From a bacterium (GTDB lineage: Bacteria; Patescibacteriota; Minisyncoccia; Phycocordibacterales; JAKAEA01), in NCBI GenBank assembly GCA_021785065.1, contig JAJYGQ010000001.1, positions 1-55,818 on the forward strand: a DNA stretch of 55,818 nt, given 5' to 3'. How positions within the stretch are numbered: the stretch's first letter is position 1; every line of letters starts with the position of its first letter. Below are positions 39,163 to 47,257 of this stretch, piece after piece. Under the pieces are notes generated by a model. The model was not told the origin of the DNA, searched no databases, and worked only from the letters and a program-made list of their open reading frames with translations. Made by a program: the position numbers and the translations under genes.

Positions 39163-39840
39163 ATGAAAGTTTCTTTTGTAAATCGGACAAGATTAATTTT
39201 GACTATTCTTGTTGCGTTACTAGTTGTAATTGTTGCTACTTATATATATTTCTCATTTAATACAAACAGTATTGTCAATCAGGTTACAATTACTCTGGTT
39301 CCTACTAATGTCTCTCTTCCCTCGGTCACTTCAATAAATTCTAAAAATGAATTACCTCCACTCATTCCTTATGAATCTTTTCCAAATAAAACAGCGTTTA
39401 TTCGTGGGAATCCCACAAGCTATATAAATGGCCTAAACTCAAACGACGCCTATTTGTATAAGATTGGTTCAACTACCTATATCACAACCACCGTTAACCC
39501 AAGTGGTTGCTCGTTTACCACTTGCGATATCTCAACCCTATACTATCTCCATGGTAACAATGCTATAAAAATAATTGGCGACCTCAGTGAAAGTATCGAG
39601 AATTACGATTATTTGGGAGAAGAAGGAAATGCTATGTATGCAGATAGAAGGGGGAATGTTTTTACTGTAAGTAATAACGGCACAACAATGTATTTAATCA
39701 AGAATGCTAAAGTGGTGGGGGAGGTTAACGGTGTAGCGACTTTACCATTCGAATTAAAGATGTTTAGTGATAATAAACACACCTACCTCATTATAAATGG
39801 GGCGTATGGCGTTACTAAAAAGTATGAGATTGTTTTTTAG
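39163..39840 (+). CDS. Membrane-anchored extracellular hypothetical protein (cassette gene)
   Basis: ATG 39163 gives an N-terminal TM (LILTILVALLVVIVATYIYF); the track start overlaps purD and R4. Confidence 0.65.
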   Translation: MKVSFVNRTRLILTILVALLVVIVATYIYFSFNTNSIVNQVTITLVPTNVSLPSVTSINSKNELPPLIPYESFPNKTAFIRGNPTSYINGLNSNDAYLYKIGSTTYITTTVNPSGCSFTTCDISTLYYLHGNNAIKIIGDLSESIENYDYLGEEGNAMYADRRGNVFTVSNNGTTMYLIKNAKVVGEVNGVATLPFELKMFSDNKHTYLIINGAYGVTKKYEIVF

Positions 39841-39870
39841 GATGGATGACATATTTTACATAGTATAATC

Positions 39871-39914
39871 TTGAGCAGCGCTCGAGACGCGTTCGAGTCC
39901 CCGAGATGGCAGCC
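39871..39914 (+). repeat. Array repeat R5 (S type)
   Basis: First 36 nt identical to R1, then TGGCAGCC. Confidence 0.9.
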
Positions 39915-39936
39915 TGTAAAATGATATGATTACTCT

Positions 39937-40488
39937 ATGAAGACAGAAATAGAAACAAGATTTTTAGAGATAAATAAAAATCACCTGATCGTTACATTAC
40001 AGGCGTTGGGCGCGGCAGATAAAGGAGAAGTTAAATTGGATGAAATAATATTCTACGATAAATATTTAACCTGGATGAAAGATGGTAAACTCGTAAAAAT
40101 AAGGAGAAAGGGAGACGATATAAAATTGATATTTAAAAACAATAAAGAGAAAACCATTGAAGGTGTTCAAGAAATCGAATTCAAGATTCCAAACATTGCA
40201 GAGGTAAAATCTTTTTTAGAAGCGATAGGGTTGATTGCCTACAGAACGATTGAAAAATATCGGCATTCATTTGAGCTAGATGGGGCGGTGATCGATATCG
40301 ATACTTGGCCGAAAATTCCCGTGTATGTTGAAATAGAAGGGGACTCGGCTGAAAACGTAAAAGGTATTGCCGAGAAATTGGGATTTAATTGGGAAGACCG
40401 ATTTGATGGGGATCCGAGGGTTGTTTTCAAGAAATATGGTTTCGATTTGGACAAAATCAGAACGGTAACATTTGATACTTTTGAATAA
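39937..40488 (+). CDS. CYTH domain protein (class IV adenylate cyclase/triphosphatase-like)
   Basis: N-terminal ExExR (EIETRF), KIRRKG, EKYRHSF, IDIDTWP, VEIEG. Confidence 0.85.
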   Translation: MKTEIETRFLEINKNHLIVTLQALGAADKGEVKLDEIIFYDKYLTWMKDGKLVKIRRKGDDIKLIFKNNKEKTIEGVQEIEFKIPNIAEVKSFLEAIGLIAYRTIEKYRHSFELDGAVIDIDTWPKIPVYVEIEGDSAENVKGIAEKLGFNWEDRFDGDPRVVFKKYGFDLDKIRTVTFDTFE

Positions 40489-40491
40489 ATC

Positions 40492-41010
40492 ATGGAAAAA
40501 CTGAACGCAAATCAAGAAAACGGCAGTGAATCGGAGAATTTCATAGAGGCGTCGGATGTTGTGGTTAGTCCGGAAACTGGTTTGGCCATGGTGGTGATAA
40601 AACCTGACGCTTTTAAAAAAGAAGGTGAGATTATAAAGAGACTTGAAGGGTCTGGCTTGTATGTCGTCAAAAAAGTAGCAAAAAGATTGCCGGACAAATT
40701 TGTGATCGGTACGATGTATAAAGAGTTACCCAAGACCATTGAAAAAGAAACCCTACGTCATTTTAATGCCGGTCCATCGGAAATCGTGCTTGTCAGAGGC
40801 GGTGACGATGTTCTAAAAAAGGTTATTACAGTAACGGGCGAAAATACTAATCCGGCCCAATGTGATGAACAAAGTATCAGATATGTTTTTGGTGAGCACG
40901 TTGGTCGAAAAACTTCAGATGGTAGGAAATACTTTCGCAACGCGGTTCACCGGTCAAAAGACGAAAAAGAGCAAAGCGAAGATCTAGAAAAATTTAAGGA
41001 TTTGTTATAG
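40492..41010 (+). CDS. Nucleoside diphosphate kinase-like protein
   Basis: MVVIKPDA, TGENTNP...SIRYVFG, NAVHRS with catalytic His. Confidence 0.8.
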   Translation: MEKLNANQENGSESENFIEASDVVVSPETGLAMVVIKPDAFKKEGEIIKRLEGSGLYVVKKVAKRLPDKFVIGTMYKELPKTIEKETLRHFNAGPSEIVLVRGGDDVLKKVITVTGENTNPAQCDEQSIRYVFGEHVGRKTSDGRKYFRNAVHRSKDEKEQSEDLEKFKDLL

Positions 41011-41016
41011 ATTTCC

Positions 41017-41045
41017 GTTCGAATACCCTCCCACGCGGCCAGCCA
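41017..41045 (+). repeat. Array repeat R6 (M type)
   Basis: G-TTCGAAT-ACCCT-CCCAC-GCGGCCA-GCCA. Confidence 0.85.
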
Positions 41046-41080
41046 ATTTACATAACGTATATAATAAGATAGAAAATAGT

Positions 41081-41758
41081 ATGGAATCCGTAAAACAAAA
41101 TCTGCCGAACGAAGAAGAGGTTCGTCTGGAGGCGATGAAAATCTACAACGAGCTTCTTAAAGAGCCGGAGATTTCCGAAGCTCTGAATTTACTCGATTCA
41201 CTCCCGAAAAATCTGAAATACCACAATAAAGATCACACGCTTGATGTTTTAAGAGAAACTATTTTGTTTGCTGTGGCAGACGGATTGGATGAGGAAGCAA
41301 TCAAACTTCAGGCCATAGCAGCGGCGTGGCATGATGTCGGCTATGTGCAAAGGTACGAAAACAATGAACCTGTGGCGGTAGAGTTGTTTAAGGGTAGTCA
41401 GGCATTTAAAACCCTATCAGAAGAGCAGAGAGATGAGGTCGTTGCCATAATTTTAGATACGCAAATGGTCATGAAAGACGGTAGACCATTTCTTCTCCAA
41501 CAAAGAAGTCACTCCGGATATGTTTTGGATGGTGATGTCAGCAACTTTGGTAGGCAAGATTATTTGGAGAAAAGAATGGACGTTGCTCAAGAATTGAACT
41601 TGGATCTGTCAAATTCAGAGGTAAAGAAAAAATTTTTCGCTTTTGCTCTAGAGTTGTTAAAAAATCACCAGTGGAAAACAAAATCAGCCCAAGTATTTCG
41701 GAAAAAGCAAAAAGACAATAATCTGGCGTTACTTGAAGAAGAGTACGCTAAGCTGTAG
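41081..41758 (+). CDS. HD-domain phosphohydrolase (PDEase-like YHN motif)
   Basis: YHNKDHTLDV, AAAWHDVG, DGDVSNFG. Confidence 0.82.
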   Translation: MESVKQNLPNEEEVRLEAMKIYNELLKEPEISEALNLLDSLPKNLKYHNKDHTLDVLRETILFAVADGLDEEAIKLQAIAAAWHDVGYVQRYENNEPVAVELFKGSQAFKTLSEEQRDEVVAIILDTQMVMKDGRPFLLQQRSHSGYVLDGDVSNFGRQDYLEKRMDVAQELNLDLSNSEVKKKFFAFALELLKNHQWKTKSAQVFRKKQKDNNLALLEEEYAKL

Positions 41759-41773
41759 AATCGACGTTAGCAG

Positions 41774-41810
41774 CTAAAATAGTTCGAATACCCTCCCAGA
41801 CGGTCAGTCC
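41774..41810 (+). repeat. Array repeat R7 (M type)
   Basis: CTAAAATAG-TTCGAAT-ACCCT-CCCAG-ACGGTCA-GTCC. Confidence 0.85.
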
Positions 41811-41828
41811 GATAAATTTACTCATTAT

Positions 41829-42263
41829 ATGAAATCAAAAACTACAGATTGTCCTTTCTGTGCGATCATAAATCAGCGTACGGAACGAATCGTTAGAGAA
41901 ACGAAAAATACTTTTTCGGTTCTAAGTAATCCATGTTTGATGCCAGGTCATCTATTAGTAATTCCAAAGCGTCATATTGAAAAAATAAGTGAGCTCACAA
42001 AAACTGAAAGAAATGAACTTTTTGATGAAGTTGCTGCGCTGCAAGAATTTGTTGTTAAAAAAATATCGCCAGGTTGTGATATTTCAGAACATTATCGGCC
42101 ATTCATTCCTAATGGTCGCTTAAAGGTCGGTCATTTACATGTTCACATTTGGCCGCGCTACCCTAATGATGAACTTTATGAAAAAGTTCAAGTATTTGAG
42201 AAAAATATCTTTAAAGATTTGTCTCAAGAGAAATTCGAAAAGTACAAAAAACTATACGAGTAA
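41829..42263 (+). CDS. HIT family hydrolase
   Basis: CPFC, GHLLVIPKRH, HLHVHIWPR histidine triad. Confidence 0.92.
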   Translation: MKSKTTDCPFCAIINQRTERIVRETKNTFSVLSNPCLMPGHLLVIPKRHIEKISELTKTERNELFDEVAALQEFVVKKISPGCDISEHYRPFIPNGRLKVGHLHVHIWPRYPNDELYEKVQVFEKNIFKDLSQEKFEKYKKLYE

Positions 42264-42283
42264 TGATATTATTGGTCTAAAGC

Positions 42284-42340
42284 GGTTCGAGTACCCTCCC
42301 TGACCCGCAGTCGCCACGAGCTAGCTCTTTTGTCAAGGGG
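42284..42340 (+). repeat. Array repeat R8 (L type; closest to the resident tRNA end)
   Basis: GG-TTCGAGT-ACCCT-CCCTG-ACCCGCA-G then CCAC-GAGCTAGCTC-TTTTGTCAAGGGG. Confidence 0.9.
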
Positions 42341-42410
42341 CGCTAACAATGTTTCTGAAAGAGTTTTTTGTATACTGAATCTCGCCCAATATTCATGCTA
42401 CTATAGAGCT

Positions 42411-42863
42411 ATGGACGAATGTATTTTTTGCAAAATTGTGCGGGGCGAAGCGCCGTGTCATAAAATAGGGGAGGATGAGCGCCACCTGGCTTTTCTTTCT
42501 ATTTTTCCTAACACCGAAGGTTTTTCAGTGGTGGTGACGAAGCAACACTACCCAAGCTATATTTTTGATTTACCTGAAGATGTACAAGCTGGTCTCGTAA
42601 TTGCGGCGGGTAAGGTAGGAAAACTGCTCGATCAAAAATTAGATGATGTCGGCAGAACGGGCCTGATGCTTGAAGGATTTGGCGTCAACCACGCGCACGC
42701 AAAACTTTTTCCGATGCATGGCACTAAAGACGCGACGTGGCACCCCAAAAAGTCTTCTCTCGACACATTTTTCAAGAAATATGAAGGTTACATTTCTTCG
42801 CACGATAGTAAAAGAGCCGACGATACCGAGCTCGAAAAGTTAGCAAAAAAAATACGCGGTTAG
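42411..42863 (+). CDS. HIT family protein (HxHxK variant)
   Basis: CIFCKIV, HAHAKLFP; ATG 42411. Confidence 0.85.
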   Translation: MDECIFCKIVRGEAPCHKIGEDERHLAFLSIFPNTEGFSVVVTKQHYPSYIFDLPEDVQAGLVIAAGKVGKLLDQKLDDVGRTGLMLEGFGVNHAHAKLFPMHGTKDATWHPKKSSLDTFFKKYEGYISSHDSKRADDTELEKLAKKIRG

Positions 42864-42917
42864 GTTTTTCCTAGCTGTGCTTGCGTTTTTTTTCGATGCG
42901 TATGCTATACTTACTGC

Positions 42918-43499
42918 ATGAACCCAAAAGTTTCGGGGGCCTTTATTTTCATTATCATGCTGGCCACCTTTGTGACGGGTGTCATCGCATATCCGCATGT
43001 AGGTAAGCGGATGGCTTTCGGGATACCGATTGTCTTACTCATTCTCTGGGGTCTTTGGGCACTTTTGCCTAACATTGATCCAATCGCTAAAGGTTTCCCC
43101 GGCTTTCGCTACGTCTATGATTTCTTTTGGATTTTACTTTCAGCAGTGCTTGCATATTGCTACGCACTCGTGCTGGGGCGGGCGCTCGGTTGGCAGATTA
43201 GTCTACTACATTCGATAGTACCAGCGGTTGCGGTCCTCATTTTTATTGTCGGTGCTTTATTGCCAAAGATTCGCCGTAACTGGTTTTTTGGTGTTCGAAC
43301 TCCCTGGACACTTTCTTCAGATGAAGATTGGGCAAAGACACACCGCTTCGCTCGTCCTGTGTTTATGATTGCCGGTGTCATTATCTACATCGGCACGTTC
43401 ATGCCGCGTACCTGGAGTATTGGACTTCTTGTCGCGGTCATTCTGCTTTCCGCTCTCACCAGTGTTATTTATTCTTACTTCGCGTTTCATCATAAATAG
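42918..43499 (+). CDS. SdpI/YfhL family membrane (immunity-like) protein
   Basis: NWFFGVRTPWTLSSDEDWAKTHRFA motif; multiple TMs. Confidence 0.85.
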   Translation: MNPKVSGAFIFIIMLATFVTGVIAYPHVGKRMAFGIPIVLLILWGLWALLPNIDPIAKGFPGFRYVYDFFWILLSAVLAYCYALVLGRALGWQISLLHSIVPAVAVLIFIVGALLPKIRRNWFFGVRTPWTLSSDEDWAKTHRFARPVFMIAGVIIYIGTFMPRTWSIGLLVAVILLSALTSVIYSYFAFHHK

Positions 43500-43647
43500 T
43501 TTTACTTGAGCATATTTTTGCGATAGGGAATTAGCCAGGCCTTAATTGCGCCGCGTGTTGACTTTTTTATTTAAAGTGGTATAAATTACATAGAACATTG
43601 TTCTCTGTGCTCGTTAGTTTATTAATATAATTTATACTTATAAAGTT

Positions 43648-44100
43648 ATGACTAGAAAAGCTATATTTGTAGCGGTTATAACAATCCTGGCAACAGGTGT
43701 TTTAATCGCGCCAACCCAATACGCATTAGCGTGGGGTGGTAATTATGGTGGTTACGGTAATTATGGTGGTGGTAGCTACAATAATTACGGCGGTAATAAC
43801 TATGGTAATTATGGTGGTGGTAGCTACAATAATTACGGCGGTGGTGATTACGGTAATTATAATTGTGGTTGTGATAACCCCGTGCCACCGCCAGTAGTAT
43901 ATGCTCCACCGCCTATCTACGTTCCGCCCCCAACATTTACCTATTCACCGTGCCCGCCTTGGTATTCACCGTCCCCGCTTCGGGAAGATTACTCATACCA
44001 AAATTATAACTATGGCGGTAGCTACAATAATTACGGCGGTAATAACTATGGTACTTATGGTGGTAACAACTACAATAATTACGGTAGTGGCTGGTATTAA
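43648..44100 (+). CDS. Secreted Gly/Asn/Tyr-rich low-complexity protein
   Basis: Signal peptide (QYALA/W), tandem GGxYNNYGG repeats flanking a Pro-rich core. Confidence 0.7.
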   Translation: MTRKAIFVAVITILATGVLIAPTQYALAWGGNYGGYGNYGGGSYNNYGGNNYGNYGGGSYNNYGGGDYGNYNCGCDNPVPPPVVYAPPPIYVPPPTFTYSPCPPWYSPSPLREDYSYQNYNYGGSYNNYGGNNYGTYGGNNYNNYGSGWY

Positions 44101-44116
44101 AAATATTAAAAAATAC

Positions 44117-44152
44117 TTTAAAAACAACCATCATCTGATGGTTGTTTTTAAA
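44117..44152. terminator. Bidirectional terminator between convergent genes
   Basis: AAAAACAACCATCA-tc-TGATGGTTGTTTTT. Confidence 0.8.
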
Positions 44153-44178
44153 TAAGTTTGAAGGTGATCTCGCACTGC

Positions 44179-45540
44179 CTACAAAAAGTGAATGTCTTCA
44201 ATTTCTTCACGCTTGCCGCCCAACACAATATCTTCAATGTGTCGGACTGCTTTTTTAGGTGTGTTGAGAAGTCCATTAACTGCGGCGCCGGCGAGCCAAC
44301 CAGACTCGATCCAATCCATCAACCATTCGTTGGTATAGCGGGGATCAAACTGCTCGGTACCAGCACCAACCATATGAAGCCATGCTCGATTCGATTCTTC
44401 TTGAGAACCAAGCGGGGGAGCAATAATAATAGGCAATCCTAAACCCGTATAAAAAGAAAGTTCACTCGGTTTTGTCCAAAGAATATCAGTTTTATGCATC
44501 GCTTCAGAAAATTTTCTAAAGTACTCAAATTTATTGGGAGCGTAAATAATATTGTTATCGATGGGAATTGCACAACGTTGCATCGCCGTCTCAAATTTTT
44601 CTTTAACGTGTCGCAGAGCTCCAGCCGATAAGATGAGCCGCACCTTACCGGCTTTAATATGTTGTTGCAGTGATTCAAGAATAGCAATGCCAATTTCCCA
44701 CTGGGCACCAGCGCCGCCGACAGAGAACGTGATAGTGACTGGTGGTACTTGAGCTGTACTCGATGGTGTGGTCGGAGTTTTAAGTGTGCGTTTAACGTAT
44801 AAATCCAAAAGCCCTGCATATTTTTTTCGATAGCGCTCGTGAGGATCAAGTGCAATAATACGTCGATCAAGGGCAGTAGCTCGTGTATGATTATCAATCT
44901 CTGGTAGGGGAAAGCCGCTAATAATAATATTTTCTGGTTTAACGCCATAGAGTTTTAAGCGTTCCTTTGCGCGAACTGTCGGCGCTAAATACACAATACG
45001 ACTTTGGGCTGGATTGCGCGGTGCCCAGGTGCGTGCAAGGTCAGTATCAGTGCAGAGACAGTAAATATCACCGCGATACCCATGTTCTTCAGCAAAAAAA
45101 GCGGGAACAGGAAAGGTGCAAATAAGTGGTAGCGGTTCGTTATTTAATGTTTCAATGAGATGTTTGCCCCACCCAGTACGATTAATTAATTTGTATGTTT
45201 CTTTGAGCTCCAGAGTAGGTCGTGATAAATCTCGTCGTGGATAAAACGGCGAAATCTGATGCAGGTAATCCATCAAATGAAAAATTCTTTTACCTAAAAA
45301 GGGGATACTATCAAAACGTGATACGCCCTCGTAGGTTCTCTCAATGTTCCCCCAAATGAGGTTGTCCTTTTCGGGAATGCCTGGGTAACGATTGGCAGAA
45401 ATAATAAATGGTTCAGTAACGTTCCATACGCTCGGTACTTTTGCGAGTCGTAAGAGGGGAAATGCCGCGCGTTGATGACCATAGCCCATATCAACTGCAA
45501 CAATATAAGCACCACGAGGACGAGAAGGGGTGTCAGACAT
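44179..45540 (-). CDS. GT-B fold protein resembling GT28/UgtP-MGDG synthase-like glycosyltransferases
   Basis: MGYGHQRAA N-terminal His motif; DILWTKPSEL...GLPIII.PPLGSQEESN C-terminal motif. Confidence 0.55.
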   Translation of the reverse strand: MSDTPSRPRGAYIVAVDMGYGHQRAAFPLLRLAKVPSVWNVTEPFIISANRYPGIPEKDNLIWGNIERTYEGVSRFDSIPFLGKRIFHLMDYLHQISPFYPRRDLSRPTLELKETYKLINRTGWGKHLIETLNNEPLPLICTFPVPAFFAEEHGYRGDIYCLCTDTDLARTWAPRNPAQSRIVYLAPTVRAKERLKLYGVKPENIIISGFPLPEIDNHTRATALDRRIIALDPHERYRKKYAGLLDLYVKRTLKTPTTPSSTAQVPPVTITFSVGGAGAQWEIGIAILESLQQHIKAGKVRLILSAGALRHVKEKFETAMQRCAIPIDNNIIYAPNKFEYFRKFSEAMHKTDILWTKPSELSFYTGLGLPIIIAPPLGSQEESNRAWLHMVGAGTEQFDPRYTNEWLMDWIESGWLAGAAVNGLLNTPKKAVRHIEDIVLGGKREEIEDIHFL

Positions 45541-45612
45541 AGTATACATATTTAGTATAACATCTTTTTCTTTTTGTCTTTATAAAAATATTTTTCAAAC
45601 AAAAAGGACCCT

Positions 45613-45813
45613 CTAGGGGGTCCTAAAAAATTTTTGCCGACGGGCGGCGGCACTTGCTACACCTCCAAGGTGTCCAAGTTGCCGTCGCACTTCTCTGATT
45701 TCTGCATCAGAGAGGCGAAAACGCCTTTCAATTTTTAACCGTGCCACCCCAAAGGGGATTCCGGCACGGTAGAGTCTTCGAATCTCTATTACAGCTTCTC
45801 CGATTCGATTCAT
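45613..45813 (-). CDS. Small Arg-rich hypothetical protein (66 aa)
   Basis: TTGACT-N16-TACAAT promoter, SD AAAGGAG, terminator hairpin over the stop codon. Confidence 0.55.
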   Translation of the reverse strand: MNRIGEAVIEIRRLYRAGIPFGVARLKIERRFRLSDAEIREVRRQLGHLGGVASAAARRQKFFRTP

Positions 45814-45946
45814 TTTTTGTGCTCCTTTCAAAAAACAGACTACATTGTAACATGAATAAATAAAAAGTCAATAAATATTGTTGATAATACAGAGCATCCG
45901 ATTATGTGGTGCTAGTAGGCCAAAATATGCTACTATAGCTTTGAGT

Positions 45947-46642
45947 ATGATGCTATTTTTTATTGGTGTGGCAACGGGTATAGCGACCTTTATTGGTGGA
46001 TCGCTCGCGTTGCGTTTGAAAGACAATTTGCATTTGATATTGGGTTTTACGGCGGGCGCGCTCCTTGCGGTGGCTTTTTTTGATTTGTTACCAGAAGCAT
46101 TGAGTTTAGGAAAAAATTTTTACACCCCCCTTACTATCACCGGAGTTTTGGCGTTTGGTTTCGTGGTGTATATGATGCTTGATCGGGCGGTGCTCGGGAG
46201 AGAAACGACCGCACGCGGACATGTGGGGGCGGGTAGTTTAACGTTCCACAGTTTTCTTGATGGTCTCGCTATTGGTTTTGCGTTTCAGGTGTCGGCGGCG
46301 GTGGGGGCGGTGGTGACGACGGCGGTGTTGGTGCACGATTTTTCTGATGGTATTAACACGGTGAATTTGAGTTTGGCGGGGGGCACCAATGCGCGAGCGG
46401 CTCGGCGCTGGTTGCTTGCTGATGCACTGGCTCCCTTGGTGGGCATTGGTGTCGCTTCGCTCATTGCTGTGCCCGAGCAATTCTTGGCTATTATTTTAGC
46501 CCTTTTTAGTGGCTTCTTTTTGTATATTGGGGCTAGTGAATTGTTGCCGGAAAGTTATCACAATCATCCACGTTTCTGGACGAGTGTTTTGACGGTTTTG
46601 GGAATGGTCGTTATGTACGTGGCTATTCGGATGGCGGGATAG
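45947..46642 (+). CDS. ZIP family metal (zinc) transporter
   Basis: GFTAGALLAVAFFDLLPEA, FHSFLDGLAIG, LVHDFSDG, LYIGASELLPE. Confidence 0.9.
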   Translation: MMLFFIGVATGIATFIGGSLALRLKDNLHLILGFTAGALLAVAFFDLLPEALSLGKNFYTPLTITGVLAFGFVVYMMLDRAVLGRETTARGHVGAGSLTFHSFLDGLAIGFAFQVSAAVGAVVTTAVLVHDFSDGINTVNLSLAGGTNARAARRWLLADALAPLVGIGVASLIAVPEQFLAIILALFSGFFLYIGASELLPESYHNHPRFWTSVLTVLGMVVMYVAIRMAG

Positions 46643-46678
46643 TGGCGGTACATTATTTTTTTACGATATAGTAATTGT

Positions 46679-47242
46679 ATGTCAGATGTTTCAGATGAAG
46701 TACTCGCCGCGCGCCTACAGGGCGGCGACCACCACGCGCTCGCCCTTCTGATGGAGCGCTACACCCGCAAGTTGCTGCAGTACGGCGCGCGGCTCCTTCC
46801 TCGCGAACCCGACATCGACGACTTAGTGCAAGATATTTTTATCACGGTCTATCGCAACATCCAAGATTTTGATCCAACCCGCCGATTTTCTCCGTGGATA
46901 TATCGCATCGCGCATAATATTTTTGTTGATACGATTCGACGGCGGCATAAAGAATCGGTGCGTTTTTTTGAATTTGATCGTCTCATACCGCATCCGGTGT
47001 ACCACGATCCGACACCGCAGGAGAAAGAAGATGCCGAAATGCGCGTACTAGTACAGAAGGGTCTTGAACACCTGACTCCCGCATATCGAGAAATCATCGA
47101 TCTCTACTATTTTGAGAATTTTAGCTACCGTGAAATTGCCGACATTCTTCATGTGCCTATCGGCACGGTCGGTATTCGCCTCGCTCGCGCTCGCGAGGCT
47201 CTAAAGAGCCATATTCCTGAGCGTGAGATTAATCAAGAATAA
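46679..47242 (+). CDS. ECF RNA polymerase sigma factor
   Basis: DDLVQDIF, FSPWIYRIAHN (region 2), YREIIDLYYFENFSYREIA...GTVGIRLARAR (region 4). Confidence 0.93.
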   Translation: MSDVSDEVLAARLQGGDHHALALLMERYTRKLLQYGARLLPREPDIDDLVQDIFITVYRNIQDFDPTRRFSPWIYRIAHNIFVDTIRRRHKESVRFFEFDRLIPHPVYHDPTPQEKEDAEMRVLVQKGLEHLTPAYREIIDLYYFENFSYREIADILHVPIGTVGIRLARAREALKSHIPEREINQE

Positions 47243-47257
47243 GCGTACAATGTGCAT

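Larger units (their letters stand above)
36376..42340 (+). mobile_element. Putative tRNA-Gln-anchored gene cassette array / serial-insertion island, no integrase in window
   Basis: Eight degenerate copies of the tRNA-Gln 3' end between co-oriented AT-richer genes. Confidence 0.7.

Noticed and set aside
36376-42340. CRISPR array interpretation of the intergenic repeats
   Set aside because: Intervals are 0.1-1.35 kb and contain whole genes, the repeats are degenerate tRNA ends, and no cas genes are present
36327-42863. Classical integron or prophage
   Set aside because: No intI, integrase or phage genes are seen, and the repeats lack attC RYYYAAC...GTTRRRY ends
43736-44090. Tandem DNA repeats (GGTAGCTACAATAATTACGGCGGT) as CRISPR or mobile element
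   Set aside because: In-frame coding repeats of the Gly/Asn/Tyr-rich protein, with no unique spacers
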